Of a stretch of DNA of 64,000 nt, positions 27,297 through 38,391 are shown piece by piece; within the stretch, counting starts at the first letter, position 1, and each line of letters starts with the position of its first letter. A program made the translations under genes and the position numbers. This DNA is from Candidatus Latescibacterota bacterium (lineage in GTDB: Bacteria > Latescibacterota > UBA2968), in the NCBI GenBank assembly GCA_038279365.1, contig JAYODI010000006.1, forward strand, positions 22,268 through 86,267. Reading direction: 5' to 3'. The notes under the pieces were generated by a model, which was not told where the DNA came from, did no database searches, and was given only the letters and a program-made list of their open reading frames with translations.

Positions 27297-27319
27297 ATAT
27301 TAACCTTGTAGGGAAACAT

Positions 27320-27793
27320 ATGGATCGTGTCTATTTAACCAAAGAAGGTTACGAAAAAATTCGTAGCGAATTGATTCGTTTGCAAACGGAAGACCGCCCA
27401 AATGTCATCGCGGCCATCAAAAAAGCCCGTGAATTTGGCGACTTAAGCGAAAATGCCGAGTATCATGCAGCAAAAGAAAGACAAGCATTTTTAGAAAATA
27501 AAATTGCAGGTCTTCAGACCAAACTTACCAATTCGGAAATCATTGACGAAAGCCTCATCCCCAAAGACAAAGCCTATTTGGGAGCTACGGTAAAGCTCAA
27601 AGACCAAAAAACAGGAAATGAGATCCAATATAAGTTGGTCAGTACCGATGAGGCCGATATTTCAGAAAACAAAATATCTACTGCCTCACCCATTGGCAAA
27701 GCACTTTTGGGCAAAGCAGTTTCAGATGTGGTTGAAATCAAAGTACCAGTTGGTCTTCTGACTTACGAAATTCTCGAAATTTCACGCGACTAA
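27320..27793 (+). CDS. greA: Transcription elongation factor GreA
   Basis: AREFGDLSENAEYHAAKE, ISTASPIGKALLGK. Confidence 0.98.
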   Translation: MDRVYLTKEGYEKIRSELIRLQTEDRPNVIAAIKKAREFGDLSENAEYHAAKERQAFLENKIAGLQTKLTNSEIIDESLIPKDKAYLGATVKLKDQKTGNEIQYKLVSTDEADISENKISTASPIGKALLGKAVSDVVEIKVPVGLLTYEILEISRD

Positions 27794-27806
27794 AGCTTTT
27801 TATTAT

Positions 27807-27850
27807 CAATTAAAAAAGGCGACGCATTTTTGCGTCGCCTTTTTTAATTG
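27807..27850. terminator. Bidirectional terminator greA/rlmD
   Basis: 20-bp inverted repeat CAATTAAAAAAGGCGACGCA-TTTT-TGCGTCGCCTTTTTTAATTG. Confidence 0.92.
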
Positions 27851-29214
27851 CCATCAACCAATCGAATCAGCACCTCGCAATGCGGGGTGTGTGGAAACAT
27901 ATCTACCAACTGTCCATAATCTACCCGATAACCTGCCTCCGAGAGCACTTTGAGGTCTCGTCCCAAAGCCTGTGGATTACAAGAAACATATACTATTTTT
28001 CGAGGACGCAACCCGATCAATGCCTGCAAGGCCTTTGGATGCATTCCCACCCTTGGCGGATCGGTAACTACCAAATCAAAGCGTTCGGTTTGCTCCGCCA
28101 ATTGCCCCAACAGATCTTCTACTTGCCCAGCCATAAAAGCACAATTAGAGATTCCATTTTGAGCACTGTTTTGAATGGCATCTTGGATGGATGCGTCTGA
28201 TACTTCAATACCCAAAACCTGCTGAACACGTTCTGCCAAGAAAAAGGATATGCCCCCCATACCACAATACAAATCCAAAACCCGGTCCTGTGGTTGAGGG
28301 TTTGCCAAATCAACAACTCTTTGATAAAGTTTTTCCGCCTGATGGGTATTGGTCTGAAAAAAAGAACTGGGTGAAATTTCAAATGTAAATGTGCCCAATG
28401 TTTCAAAAATGTGATCCCGACTCGCCAAAGACACCTCTTCATCTCCAAAAGCAACCTGCGCTTTTCGCCGATTGATGCTATGGATCACACATTTAACCTG
28501 CGGAAAAGTGTCTTGGAGCCCAAGAGACAATGCCTCTGCATCAGCAAAGTCTTCACCAGAGGTGGTCAATATAACCATGGTTTCATCGGTATTTTTGCCT
28601 TCACGAATGGTTAAAAAACGCAACAAACCCTGATGGTGTTTGAGGTGGTAAACCGACAATTCACGATCACGCAAAAATTCTCGCACATAAGAGACTATGT
28701 CATTCGACAATTCAGATTGCAAATAACAGGCTTTCAGGTCAAATACATGATCAAAACGTCCGGGTATATGCAATCCCAAATCCATACCACCGTCTTGGGA
28801 GATCCCAAAAGAAAATTCCATTTTATTGCGATAAAAAAAAGGGGTCTCCATAACCAATGGTTCTTCTAATTTGACATCAATACCCGACGTAGCCAAACAG
28901 TGTTGAACCAACTGCAGCTTAATCTCCACCTGATCCACATAATTTACATCTTGCCAGACACATCCACCACAGGTTCCAAAGTGCTCACAACGGGCTTCTG
29001 TGCGTTTTTTTTCTGCATCTAACAACTCAGTTTTACGAATCTCTACTTCCCGCTGTCGGTTGCGAACCTTTCGGATATACCCTCGAATCAAATCTCCAGG
29101 AATGGCACCACGCACTTTCACAGTATAATCAGACCACAAACCGATGCCTTGTCCCTTCTCATCTATATGAGTAATTTTTACATCAACAACTTCCCCACGA
29201 CGTGGTTTTGCCAT
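27844..29214 (-). CDS. rlmD: 23S rRNA (uracil-C5)-methyltransferase RlmD
   Basis: TRAM domain, CEHFGTCGGC Fe-S motif, SFFQTN, DPPR, YVSCNP, DMFPHTPHCE. Confidence 0.95.
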   Translation of the reverse strand: MAKPRRGEVVDVKITHIDEKGQGIGLWSDYTVKVRGAIPGDLIRGYIRKVRNRQREVEIRKTELLDAEKKRTEARCEHFGTCGGCVWQDVNYVDQVEIKLQLVQHCLATSGIDVKLEEPLVMETPFFYRNKMEFSFGISQDGGMDLGLHIPGRFDHVFDLKACYLQSELSNDIVSYVREFLRDRELSVYHLKHHQGLLRFLTIREGKNTDETMVILTTSGEDFADAEALSLGLQDTFPQVKCVIHSINRRKAQVAFGDEEVSLASRDHIFETLGTFTFEISPSSFFQTNTHQAEKLYQRVVDLANPQPQDRVLDLYCGMGGISFFLAERVQQVLGIEVSDASIQDAIQNSAQNGISNCAFMAGQVEDLLGQLAEQTERFDLVVTDPPRVGMHPKALQALIGLRPRKIVYVSCNPQALGRDLKVLSEAGYRVDYGQLVDMFPHTPHCEVLIRLVDGN

Positions 29215-29225
29215 AGTATCCTCAC

Positions 29226-29260
29226 AAAAAAGGGCAAACTGAATAACATCAGTTTGCCCT
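29226..29260 (-). terminator. Terminator ending the alpha operon
   Basis: Minus strand AGGGCAAACTGA-N6-TCAGTTTGCCCT-TTTTT. Confidence 0.85.
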
Positions 29261-29293
29261 TCTAATTTTGGTTCACACAAAGTGCTATGCGTC

Positions 29294-29695
29294 TTATTTC
29301 TCTTCTGCCGCATCACTTGCTGGTGCTTCAACACGCGCTTCTTCACCAACGAGTTGGATCATACAAAGTTCTGTACTGTCACCGCGTCGAGGGCCAATTT
29401 TCAAAATGCGTGTATACCCACCCGACCGATCAGAAAAAGATGGGCCAATTTCATCACACAACTTTGACACAATTACTTTGTTGCGAATACGACGCAAAAT
29501 TTGGCGTCGAGCGGCCAAATCGCCACGCTTAGCAAATGTAATCAACCGCTCAGCAACACCACGCAATTCCTTTGCTTTGGGCAATGTGGTGCGAATGGTA
29601 CCATGCTCAAATAAGGACGTTGCCATATTATTAAGCATTGCACGCTTGTGGCTTGCTGTGCGCCCGAGTTTACGTCCTTTTTGTCCGTGCCTCAT
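29294..29695 (-). CDS. rplQ: 50S ribosomal protein L17
   Basis: [20 protein letters not shown]; operon position. Confidence 0.98.
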   Translation of the reverse strand: MRHGQKGRKLGRTASHKRAMLNNMATSLFEHGTIRTTLPKAKELRGVAERLITFAKRGDLAARRQILRRIRNKVIVSKLCDEIGPSFSDRSGGYTRILKIGPRRGDSTELCMIQLVGEEARVEAPASDAAEEK

Positions 29696-29713
29696 AATAT
29701 CTTCCTAACCTCA

Positions 29714-30730
29714 CTAAAATTCGTCTTCCAAAACCGCCATCTGTTCGGCATTTGCAGCAACATCGCTGTAGCTGTCAATGTCCATGCCAAAAGAAAGACC
29801 GAGCGTTTCGAGAATAGCATTGAGTTCATTGAGTGACTTACGCCCAAAGTTACGGAATTTGAGCATTTCTGTTTCTGGTTTTTGTACCAAATCTTCAAGG
29901 GTGTTAATATTGGCCGCTTTCAAACAATTTGCCGAACGAACCGATAATTCCAACTCGTCAACTTGCATTTTTAACAAGTTTGCAATGCGACGGGTTTCTT
30001 CATCAACCACCTCTGTTGGCTCTTCTTCGGGCTCATCTTCAAAGTTAATAAAGAGCTCTAAGTGATCCTTCAAAATTTTGGCAGCATGAGAAACCGCATC
30101 ATCGGGTCTAACAACCCCATTTGTCCAAATCTCCATTGCGAGTTTATCATAGTCTGTTTGCTGGCCAACGCGCGCATTGTCAACTTCGTAATGCACTTTA
30201 CGAACAGGTGAAAATGCTGTGTCCAAAGCAATTGTGCCCATGGGTTGATCTGCACCCTTGTTTTGATCGGCCAAAACAAAACCACGACCTTTCCCAATCG
30301 TCAACTCCATATCAAGCACACCATCTTTATCTAAGGTGGCAATATGCAATTCTGGGTTCATGACTTCCACATCGGCATCTACTTGCAGATCAGCCGCAGT
30401 CAAAGTGCCAGCACCTTCTTTTTTGATATGGATGACTTTGTCGTCGTCGGAGTGTACGCGCACACAAACTTCTTTAAGATTTAATATAATTTCAGTTACG
30501 TCTTCAACAACCCCATCAATCACTGTAAATTCGTGTTGCACACCTTCGATTTTGGCTGCTTTTACAGCAGATCCTTCAATCGAAGACAACAACACACGAC
30601 GAAGTGCATTCCCTATGGTCGTTCCAAAACCACGCTCAAGTGGTTGAACCGTAAACTTCCCATATTCATGAGTGAGGGTATCTTCATCAATTTGTACAGA
30701 TCGGGGCATCTGGAAATTTTTCAATTTCAT
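29714..30730 (-). CDS. rpoA: RNA polymerase alpha subunit
   Basis: PLERGFGTTIGNALRRVLLSS; CTD LELSVRSANCL. Confidence 0.98.
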   Translation of the reverse strand: MKLKNFQMPRSVQIDEDTLTHEYGKFTVQPLERGFGTTIGNALRRVLLSSIEGSAVKAAKIEGVQHEFTVIDGVVEDVTEIILNLKEVCVRVHSDDDKVIHIKKEGAGTLTAADLQVDADVEVMNPELHIATLDKDGVLDMELTIGKGRGFVLADQNKGADQPMGTIALDTAFSPVRKVHYEVDNARVGQQTDYDKLAMEIWTNGVVRPDDAVSHAAKILKDHLELFINFEDEPEEEPTEVVDEETRRIANLLKMQVDELELSVRSANCLKAANINTLEDLVQKPETEMLKFRNFGRKSLNELNAILETLGLSFGMDIDSYSDVAANAEQMAVLEDEF

Positions 30731-30783
30731 AAAACAGACTCCTTGTGCATTATGCTGGTTGCACAACGTGTATCGAAAGCGAA

Positions 30784-31413
30784 TTATTTAGAGTAAAGTT
30801 CGACGATAAGTTGTTCTTCAACTGGCGTTGGGATATCATCGCGTTGCGGATATTCCAAGATCGAACCACTCAAATTGGCCTTATCTACCGACAACCAAGC
30901 GGCTTGACGGCCATCGCCAACACGTCTGAGCGCATCGTGAATAAGAGGAATCTGACGACTTTTTTCGCGAATCTGAACGGTCTCCCCAGGAGATACTTGA
31001 AAGGAGGGAATATCAACAAGTTGACCATTAACCGTTACATGGCGATGGCGCACCAACTGCCGAGCAGCCTTGCGTGATGGCGCAAAACCCAACCGGTACA
31101 AAATATTGTCTAACCGGCATTCCAACAGTTGTAAGAGGACTTCGCCCGTAACACCTTTGCGACGCGCTGCATTGGTATAATAGGTGCGAAATTGATTTTC
31201 TAAAACGCCATAAATGCGCTTGGTTTTTTGTTTTTCACGTAACTGCAAAGCGTATTCTGAGGGTTTCCGGCGCATATTTTGCCCGTGCATCCCAGGTGCA
31301 TAACTACGACGGTCAAATGCACATTTGTCAGAATGACACCGCGCGCCCTTCAGGAATAATTTCATACCTTCACGACGGCATAATTTACAGTTGGCTTCCG
31401 TATACCTCGCCAT
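30784..31413 (-). CDS. rpsD: 30S ribosomal protein S4 (Cys-containing type)
   Basis: MARYTEANCKLCRREG, LECRLDN. Confidence 0.98.
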   Translation of the reverse strand: MARYTEANCKLCRREGMKLFLKGARCHSDKCAFDRRSYAPGMHGQNMRRKPSEYALQLREKQKTKRIYGVLENQFRTYYTNAARRKGVTGEVLLQLLECRLDNILYRLGFAPSRKAARQLVRHRHVTVNGQLVDIPSFQVSPGETVQIREKSRQIPLIHDALRRVGDGRQAAWLSVDKANLSGSILEYPQRDDIPTPVEEQLIVELYSK

Positions 31414-31450
31414 TCAGATCTTCTCCTCGGTTCAGTCAATTTGCAAAAAG

Positions 31451-31837
31451 TTATACGCGACGCCGTTTTGGCGGGCGACAACCATTGTGCGGAATAGGGG
31501 TCACATCTTTAATTGCAGAAATTTCTAAGCCCGCACCTTGTAGTGAACGGACTGCGGCCTCACGCCCCACGCCTGGGCCTTTAACCCAAACTTCTACGCG
31601 GCGCAACCCCATCGACATCGCCACACGAGCAGCATCAGTGGCCGCCATTTGTGCAGCATATGGGGTACTCTTTTTAGAGCCTTTAAAACCTACTTTTCCC
31701 GTTGATGACCACGAAATAACTTCACCTTCGCGATCGGTTAGGGTAACAATCGTATTATTAAAACTGGCATTGACATGCGCAACGCCGTTGGCATCGACAC
31801 GTTTTGTACGACGCTTTGTTCCTGTTCTTGGTGGCAA
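31451..31837 (-). CDS. rpsK: 30S ribosomal protein S11
   Basis: [30 protein letters not shown] start. Confidence 0.98.
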   Translation of the reverse strand: MPPRTGTKRRTKRVDANGVAHVNASFNNTIVTLTDREGEVISWSSTGKVGFKGSKKSTPYAAQMAATDAARVAMSMGLRRVEVWVKGPGVGREAAVRSLQGAGLEISAIKDVTPIPHNGCRPPKRRRV

Positions 31838-31870
31838 CCGACTCCTCCTTGTGCGCTAAAACCTAAAGGT

Positions 31871-32242
31871 TTAGCCCTTTTTTCGACCTATTTGGCCTTT
31901 CTTTGGCCCTTTTCGAGTGCGAGCATTGGTACGCGTACGCTGTCCACGAACCGGTAAACCTCTTCGCCAGCGAAGCCCTCGATAACACCCAATATCCATC
32001 AATCGCTTAATATTCATAGCGGTTTCGCTACGTAAGTTACCTTCAACTTTATAACCGCCTTCAATCACCGAACGCAACTTGGCCACATCGTCTTCGGACA
32101 AAGATGAAACACGCGTTTCTGGTGAAATTTGTGCTTGTGACAAAATTTTACGCGACGAGCTTGGCCCTATGCCAAAAATGTAAGTCAACGCCACGACAAC
32201 ACGTTTTTCTCTTGGAATATCGACACCAGCAATTCGTGCCAT
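31871..32242 (-). CDS. rpsM: 30S ribosomal protein S13
   Basis: [27 protein letters not shown]. Confidence 0.98.
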   Translation of the reverse strand: MARIAGVDIPREKRVVVALTYIFGIGPSSSRKILSQAQISPETRVSSLSEDDVAKLRSVIEGGYKVEGNLRSETAMNIKRLMDIGCYRGLRWRRGLPVRGQRTRTNARTRKGPKKGQIGRKKG

Positions 32243-32276
32243 TCATTTACCCCTAAAATTGATGAAAAGTTTTCAA

Positions 32277-32393
32277 TTAACCTTGGCGTTGCTTGTGACG
32301 CGGATTGATTTTGCAAATAACACGAACAACTCCACGACGCCGAATGACTTTACAATGATTACAGCGTTTACGAACAGAAGACTGCACTTTCAT
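32277..32393 (-). CDS. rpmJ: 50S ribosomal protein L36
   Basis: Below the ORF cutoff; translates [38 protein letters not shown]. Confidence 0.97.
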   Translation of the reverse strand: MKVQSSVRKRCNHCKVIRRRGVVRVICKINPRHKQRQG

Positions 32394-32416
32394 GATAACA
32401 CTCCCTTAAGTGACGC

Positions 32417-33757
32417 CTAACCGCGACGACCTTTGATTCGACCTTTTTTCATAAATCCATCATAGTGGCGCATCAGCAAATGAGATTCAACTTGTTGCAA
32501 TGTGTCCAATGCCACACCAACCATAATGAGCAAGCCCGTTCCACCAAAAACTTGTTCTAAACCAGGATGCACACCCAAATAGTTGATGACAAAAAATGGT
32601 GCCACTGCAATTGCTGCCAAAAATACAGAACCCGGTAAATTGATACGGGTTAAGACATGATCTATATATTCCGCTGTTTTCTTACCCGGGCGCACACCAG
32701 GGATAAAACCACCCTGACGTTTCATATTGTCGGCCAAATCAATCGGGTTAAAAACAATTGCCGTATAAAAATAAGCAAAGAATATAACCAAAATGCTGTA
32801 AATACTCCAGTATGGAAATGATTGCCAAGTCATACTGGGTGAAAACGAAGCTGCCAAATTTTGCATAAACTCATTCCCTGGCGCAAACCCTGCTAACGTG
32901 GCCGGTAAAAACATAATGGCCTGTGCAAAAATAATGGGCATCACACCCGAAGTGTTAACTTTTAATGGGATGTGGGTACTTTGCCCACCATAAACGCGCC
33001 GTCCAACAACGCGTTTGGCATATTGAACGGGGATTTTCCTCGAACCTTGTGTGATCAGTACAACCAATCCCGTAACAATGACAATGAGAATAACCACAAG
33101 CAATTCTAATAAAATGCTTTTGTCATTTGTAACAAAATCCAAATATTCCATCCGCACCACATAAGGCAGTGCTGCAATAATACCAATAAAAATGATCAGA
33201 GACATTCCGTTACCAATACCATGCGAGTCAATCTGTTCGCCCAACCACATAATGAACACAGTACCCGCAGTAATGGTCAACACTGTCAACAACCGAAATC
33301 CCCACCCATGATACAAAACGACATGAGAACCTGTTTCTGGAGATTGGAGACTTTCCAAGAAGAAACTAACACCCAGCGACTGCGCAGCAGCAAGTGCCAC
33401 GGTGCCATATCGGGTAAACTGCATAATCTTCTTGCGACCGGCTTCGCCCTCTTTTTGCAATTTTTGTAGGGTTGGTACCACGGCACCCATTAATTGTAAA
33501 ATAATGGACGCACTGATATAGGGCATGATACCCAATGCAAACACAGTTGCACGCGTAAAAGCCCCACCTACAAACATGTCATAAAGGCCGAATAAACTGT
33601 TTCCGGCCCCAGCAAAAAACTCCGTCAGCGCAACCCGATCAATACCAGGAATAGGTATTTGACCGCCTAAGCGATAGATTGCCAAAATGCCCAAAGTGAA
33701 CAACACTTTATTACGCAATTCTGGTATCTTAAAAATACTCTTAATACTTTCGAGCAA
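32417..33757 (-). CDS. secY: Preprotein translocase SecY
   Basis: FALGIMPYISASII, GFIPGVRPG; TTG start after GAGGAG. Confidence 0.98.
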   Translation of the reverse strand: MLESIKSIFKIPELRNKVLFTLGILAIYRLGGQIPIPGIDRVALTEFFAGAGNSLFGLYDMFVGGAFTRATVFALGIMPYISASIILQLMGAVVPTLQKLQKEGEAGRKKIMQFTRYGTVALAAAQSLGVSFFLESLQSPETGSHVVLYHGWGFRLLTVLTITAGTVFIMWLGEQIDSHGIGNGMSLIIFIGIIAALPYVVRMEYLDFVTNDKSILLELLVVILIVIVTGLVVLITQGSRKIPVQYAKRVVGRRVYGGQSTHIPLKVNTSGVMPIIFAQAIMFLPATLAGFAPGNEFMQNLAASFSPSMTWQSFPYWSIYSILVIFFAYFYTAIVFNPIDLADNMKRQGGFIPGVRPGKKTAEYIDHVLTRINLPGSVFLAAIAVAPFFVINYLGVHPGLEQVFGGTGLLIMVGVALDTLQQVESHLLMRHYDGFMKKGRIKGRRG

Positions 33758-33782
33758 CGTCTCCTCCCGCCAACCAAGTGCC

Positions 33783-34250
33783 TTAGTCGTCTTCTCCATC
33801 AGGGCCTATAGCTACTGTAACCACTTGGCCACCAGCCTTAACGATTTTCTCTGTTGCAGACGCCGAAACGGCCTGCACCTTAACTTGTAATGCTTGTGTC
33901 ACATCACCCCGACCCAATATTTTCACTGGACGGTTTTTTGAAGATATAAGCCCAGCTTTTTTGAGAATTGACGGTGTAATTTCACCCGAAAGTTCTTTGC
34001 GTGCCAAATCACCGAGATTGACAACCTGATAAACAGTACCAAATGGGTTGTTAAAACCCACTTTAGGTAAGCGTTGTTGCAAAGGCATTTGCCCACCCTC
34101 AAACCAAGCATGGTGTTTTGCACCTGAGCGTGCTTTTTGCCCTTTATGCCCTTTACCTGCTGTTTTTCCTTGTCCAGAGCCAACCCCAATACCCAAACGC
34201 TTGCTCTTTTTGACAGCTCCCTTAGGTGGAGCCAATTGACCCAATTTCAT
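33783..34250 (-). CDS. rplO: 50S ribosomal protein L15
   Basis: GKTAGKGHKGQKARSG, FEGGQMPL. Confidence 0.98.
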   Translation of the reverse strand: MKLGQLAPPKGAVKKSKRLGIGVGSGQGKTAGKGHKGQKARSGAKHHAWFEGGQMPLQQRLPKVGFNNPFGTVYQVVNLGDLARKELSGEITPSILKKAGLISSKNRPVKILGRGDVTQALQVKVQAVSASATEKIVKAGGQVVTVAIGPDGEDD

Positions 34251-34273
34251 TTTTAATACCCCAAAACCAGTTT

Positions 34274-34459
34274 TTAGGATGCTTCCTCAACATGAACTAA
34301 GTGAGATACAACATTGATCATTCCGCGAATCTCTGGTGTATCTTTTTGCTCTACAGAGTGCCGAATGCGGCGTATGCCCAAAGCTTCTAATGTTTGTGCT
34401 TGTTTTTTTGGGCGCTTAATAGCACTTCGTGTCTGCGTAATTCGCAAGGTACCTGCCAT
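34274..34459 (-). CDS. rpmD: 50S ribosomal protein L30
   Basis: LRITQTRS...LEALGIRRI...IRGMI; position. Confidence 0.96.
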   Translation of the reverse strand: MAGTLRITQTRSAIKRPKKQAQTLEALGIRRIRHSVEQKDTPEIRGMINVVSHLVHVEEAS

Positions 34460-34465
34460 AAGTCA

Positions 34466-34981
34466 TTATCCTCGTGCTGGAATCAAATCTTTCTCATCAA
34501 GGCCGCGAAGCTGTGCAACATTTTTTGCATCACGCAGGTTCATCAACCCAATCAATGTAGCCTTCACAGCATTTTGCGGATTCTGCGCCCCCAATGACTT
34601 TGTCAAGACATTGTGAACCCCCGCCAGCTCTAATACCGCCCGAACACCACCACCAGCAATAATACCAGTACCGGGTGCGGCGGGTTTTAGCAAAACGCGC
34701 GCAGCACCAAAACGGCCGATAATATCGTGGGGCAATGTCCCATCAACAACTGGCACCCGCACCAAATTCTTTTTGGCATCGTCCGTTGCTTTACGGATCG
34801 CTTCGGAAACTTCGCCTGCTTTTCCGGTGCCTACACCAACAACATTGTTCTTGTCACCGACAACAACCAATGCGTTAAAAGCAAAGCGTCTACCACCTTT
34901 GCGCACATGAGATACGCGCTTGATGCTGTTGTTGATCACAATTTCTGTTAAATCAAGTCCAGTTGGATCGATTCTGGCCAA
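34466..34981 (-). CDS. rpsE: 30S ribosomal protein S5
   Basis: [31 protein letters not shown] start. Confidence 0.98.
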   Translation of the reverse strand: MARIDPTGLDLTEIVINNSIKRVSHVRKGGRRFAFNALVVVGDKNNVVGVGTGKAGEVSEAIRKATDDAKKNLVRVPVVDGTLPHDIIGRFGAARVLLKPAAPGTGIIAGGGVRAVLELAGVHNVLTKSLGAQNPQNAVKATLIGLMNLRDAKNVAQLRGLDEKDLIPARG

Positions 34982-34994
34982 CGTGTACTCCTTT

Positions 34995-35369
34995 TTAAAG
35001 TTGCAAACCGCCCTCACGGGCACCTTCTGCCAATGCTTTCACCCGACCGTGATAAAGGTATCCACCACGATCAAAAACTGCCTGAGCAATACCCGCTTCT
35101 TTTGCTTTCGCGGCCAGTGCTTTACCCACTTCTCGGCTCTTGTCACACTTGCTACCCAAATTTTGCAAAACATCCCGCAAATCTTTGGAATTAGATGATA
35201 CACCCAATAACGCTTGCCCTGTTGCATCATCTATCAAATGAGCATGAATGTGTTTCAAGCTGCGAAAAACCGCCAAGCGAGGGCGCACCGCAGTGCCATT
35301 TACCTTGTTTCTTATGCGCAATTTTCGACGTGTGCGCATCGCACGTTTTTTCGAATCATTATTCGCCAT
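34995..35369 (-). CDS. rplR: 50S ribosomal protein L18
   Basis: [25 protein letters not shown]. Confidence 0.98.
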   Translation of the reverse strand: MANNDSKKRAMRTRRKLRIRNKVNGTAVRPRLAVFRSLKHIHAHLIDDATGQALLGVSSNSKDLRDVLQNLGSKCDKSREVGKALAAKAKEAGIAQAVFDRGGYLYHGRVKALAEGAREGGLQL

Positions 35370-35386
35370 GGAGCTTATCCTAACAA

Positions 35387-35950
35387 TTACGCAGCAGTCT
35401 TACCAGCTTTACGCCGCACATGTTCATCAATATACCGAATGCCTTTGCCTTTGTAGGGCTCAGGAGGACGGATGCCTCTAATATTAGCGGCAGTGCGCCC
35501 CACAAGTTCTTTATCTGCACCAGAAACCTTCACCAAAGCCTGAGCACTTTCAATACCTGCTGGCGCCCCCTCTACACTAAACACAATGCCTTCGGGCGCT
35601 TCAACCACAACAGGATGACTAAAACCCAAACTCATATCTAAGTTTTTGCCCTTTATCTCAGCGCGATATCCAACACCAACAACAACCAAGCCTCTATCAA
35701 AGCCTTCTGATACGCCAGTGATGGCATTGACCAACAATGCACGGGTCAGGCCCCACAAAGCACGTTGCTTGCGATCTTTGGGGTTTTGAACAGTAACGGT
35801 CAACTCACCACCGTCTTGTCCAATCCTTACTTCCTTGTTCAAAGGTACTTCTAAGTTGCCCTTAGGACCTTTTACTTGCGCCAAATCTGGGCCAAGCTTA
35901 ACATCAACACCGCTGGGCACCGAGATGGGGTTTTTTCCAACTCGCGACAC
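35387..35950 (-). CDS. rplF: 50S ribosomal protein L6
   Basis: MSRVGKNPI, RPPEPYKGKGIRY; GTG start. Confidence 0.98.
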   Translation of the reverse strand: MSRVGKNPISVPSGVDVKLGPDLAQVKGPKGNLEVPLNKEVRIGQDGGELTVTVQNPKDRKQRALWGLTRALLVNAITGVSEGFDRGLVVVGVGYRAEIKGKNLDMSLGFSHPVVVEAPEGIVFSVEGAPAGIESAQALVKVSGADKELVGRTAANIRGIRPPEPYKGKGIRYIDEHVRRKAGKTAA

Positions 35951-35966
35951 GTTATGACTCCTTCGT

Positions 35967-36362
35967 TTACCAAACGCTACAGATTAATTCGCCACCAACA
36001 CCAGCTTTACGTGCGTCGGTACCTGTTATAATACCCTTAGATGTCGAAAGAATGGCAACACCCAAGCCGTTGAGAACGCGTGGAATATCATCTTTTCCCA
36101 CATAATTGCGCAACCCAGGTCGACTTTCACGTTGCACACCTTGAATGGCACATTGTTCTTCAGAGTTATATTTCAGATAAAGCCGCAAATATCCCTGACG
36201 ATTGTCATCAACATATGCATAATTATGAATAAAGCCACCATCTTTTAAGATTCGTGCAATTTCCCGTTTGATCTTTGAACTTGGGATATCAACTTTTCGA
36301 TGGCCAGCCTTGCATGCGTTTCGCACGCGTGTGAGCAAATCCGCAATAGGATCAGTCATCAT
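35967..36362 (-). CDS. rpsH: 30S ribosomal protein S8
   Basis: TDPIADLLTRVRNA, GVGGELIC. Confidence 0.98.
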   Translation of the reverse strand: MMTDPIADLLTRVRNACKAGHRKVDIPSSKIKREIARILKDGGFIHNYAYVDDNRQGYLRLYLKYNSEEQCAIQGVQRESRPGLRNYVGKDDIPRVLNGLGVAILSTSKGIITGTDARKAGVGGELICSVW

Positions 36363-36377
36363 GATACGTATATCCTC

Positions 36378-36563
36378 CTACCAACTGGCCTTAGTGACGC
36401 CAGGGATTTCCCCAGCCAATGCCAAATCTCTAAAACAAATACGACACACACCAAATTTGCGCAAAAACGCTCTGGGTCGCCCACATCGGTGACACCGATT
36501 GTATTGACGAACTGAAAATTTTTGTTTGCGTTTGGCTTTGGCGATCATTGATTTTTTTGCCAT
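36378..36563 (-). CDS. rpsN: 30S ribosomal protein S14, short zinc-binding type
   Basis: 61 aa, RCHRCGRPR...CRICFR. Confidence 0.97.
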   Translation of the reverse strand: MAKKSMIAKAKRKQKFSVRQYNRCHRCGRPRAFLRKFGVCRICFRDLALAGEIPGVTKASW

Positions 36564-36582
36564 GAGATACAAACACCCTTTC

Positions 36583-37149
36583 TCACGCGGCTTCAGAAGC
36601 CTGATTCTGATTTTGGAAAGGCATCCCCAAACGGGTCAAAAGCTCAAGAGCCTCTTCGTCTGATTGGGCCGTCGTTACAAATGTGATATCCATCCCTCTG
36701 ATTTTATCGATTTTATCGTAATCAATCTCGGGAAAGATGATTTGCTCGCGAATTCCTAATGTATAATTCCCACGGCCATCAAAAGAACGGGTTGAAAGGC
36801 CTCGGAAATCTCGAATACGCGGCGTTGAAAAATTAAAAAAACGATCTATAAATTCATACATTCTGTCACGTCGAAGGGTTACCATACAACCAATGGGCAT
36901 TCCTTGGCGAAGTTTAAAATTCGACACGGCTTTTTTGGCACGTCGAATGGAGGGTTTTTGACCCGTAATGGCCGTCAAATCTTCCACTGCCCCTTCAATG
37001 GCTTTGGAATTTTGCACGGCTTCACCAACACCCATGTTGATAACAACCTTCTCCAAGCGAGGAATCTGCATCGCGCTTTTATAAGCGAAACGCTCCATCA
37101 GCTGAGGTGCTACCTCTTTTTCGTAAAATTCTTGTAATCTAACAGCCAT
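36583..37149 (-). CDS. rplE: 50S ribosomal protein L5
   Basis: [27 protein letters not shown]. Confidence 0.98.
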   Translation of the reverse strand: MAVRLQEFYEKEVAPQLMERFAYKSAMQIPRLEKVVINMGVGEAVQNSKAIEGAVEDLTAITGQKPSIRRAKKAVSNFKLRQGMPIGCMVTLRRDRMYEFIDRFFNFSTPRIRDFRGLSTRSFDGRGNYTLGIREQIIFPEIDYDKIDKIRGMDITFVTTAQSDEEALELLTRLGMPFQNQNQASEAA

Positions 37150-37165
37150 ATTCCCCTCGAGAAAC

Positions 37166-37492
37166 TTAAACAGCGTTTGGAATCTGTTCGCCACTTTTCA
37201 CTGAAATGCGCACACGAGAACCATCACCAAGTTGTTGACCACGAACGCGCGTGCGTTCATCTGTCTGTGGGTCAATCAACATCAATTTAGACAGGTGCAA
37301 AGGTGCTTCTTTTTCAATGATGCCCCCTTGCTGGTTATTTTGATTTGGGCGCGTATGGCGCTTGACATTGTTAACACCTTCAACCAAAGCTCTTTGTTTG
37401 TCAGGAAAAACCCGCAAAACTTTGCCACGCTGTCCAGCATTAACACCACTGATTACTTCTACTTGATCACCTGTTCGAATTCTGGCTTTCAC
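37166..37492 (-). CDS. rplX: 50S ribosomal protein L24
   Basis: [23 protein letters not shown] start. Confidence 0.97.
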   Translation of the reverse strand: MKARIRTGDQVEVISGVNAGQRGKVLRVFPDKQRALVEGVNNVKRHTRPNQNNQQGGIIEKEAPLHLSKLMLIDPQTDERTRVRGQQLGDGSRVRISVKSGEQIPNAV

Positions 37493-37508
37493 AATATCAA
37501 ACCTTTCG

Positions 37509-37877
37509 TCAAATTACCTCAGGTGCCAGAGATACGATACGCATAAATTGTTTTTCTCGCAATTCGCGTGCAACTGGCCCAAAGATTCGCGTCCCACGGG
37601 GTTCACCATCTGGGGTAACCAAAACAGCAGCATTGTCGTCAAACCGAATATAAGAACCATCAGGTCTGCGCACTTCTTTTTTGGTTCTAACCACCACAGC
37701 ACGAGCAACGTCGCCTTTTTTAACGGCACTATTGGGTTGAGCGTCTTTTACTGCCACAACAATGGTATCACCAAGTCTTGCATATCTCTTCTTGGAACCT
37801 CCCAAGACACGAAAACACATAACTTTGCGTGCACCAGAATTGTCGGCACAAGTTAATACAGAATATTCTTGAATCAT
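37509..37877 (-). CDS. rplN: 50S ribosomal protein L14
   Basis: [19 protein letters not shown]. Confidence 0.98.
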   Translation of the reverse strand: MIQEYSVLTCADNSGARKVMCFRVLGGSKKRYARLGDTIVVAVKDAQPNSAVKKGDVARAVVVRTKKEVRRPDGSYIRFDDNAAVLVTPDGEPRGTRIFGPVARELREKQFMRIVSLAPEVI

Positions 37878-37892
37878 GATTTCACCACGTTC

Positions 37893-38159
37893 CTATTGTG
37901 CTTTTTTGACAATTTCAGAAAGACGCCAACATTTGGTTTTACTCAAAGGGCGTGTCTCAGTCACCATGACCGTATCACCGATTCTGGCTTCGTTATTTTC
38001 ATCATGAGCTGCCAACTTAGAACTGCGTTGAACAACTTTTCCATAAAGCGGATGTGGAACCCGCCGACTGATTTTGACAATAATCGTTTTGTTCGACTTG
38101 TCGCTCACCACTAGTCCAATCCGCGTTTTTTTGCGACCGCGAGTTTGCGCTTCGGCCAT
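37893..38159 (-). CDS. rpsQ: 30S ribosomal protein S17
   Basis: [21 protein letters not shown]. Confidence 0.98.
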   Translation of the reverse strand: MAEAQTRGRKKTRIGLVVSDKSNKTIIVKISRRVPHPLYGKVVQRSSKLAAHDENNEARIGDTVMVTETRPLSKTKCWRLSEIVKKAQ

Positions 38160-38205
38160 ACTGGTTCATCTCCTTAGATCACAACTTTAAATCGACGCTC
38201 AAATT

Positions 38206-38391
38206 TTATTGTTGCTCGCGCAAGATCGTTTTCAAACGAGCCAGTTCACGTCGCGTTTCTCTGACCAAAAGTGGGTTTTCCAACTGACGGGTGGTCAGCT
38301 GAATACGCATGTTGGCCAATTCTGCTTCTTGTTCTTGAATTTTTTCCCGAATATCACCGGGGCTTAAATCTCTAATTTCACTGGGTTTCAT
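38206..38391 (-). CDS. rpmC: 50S ribosomal protein L29
   Basis: MKPSEIR...[11 protein letters not shown]; position. Confidence 0.95.
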   Translation of the reverse strand: MKPSEIRDLSPGDIREKIQEQEAELANMRIQLTTRQLENPLLVRETRRELARLKTILREQQ

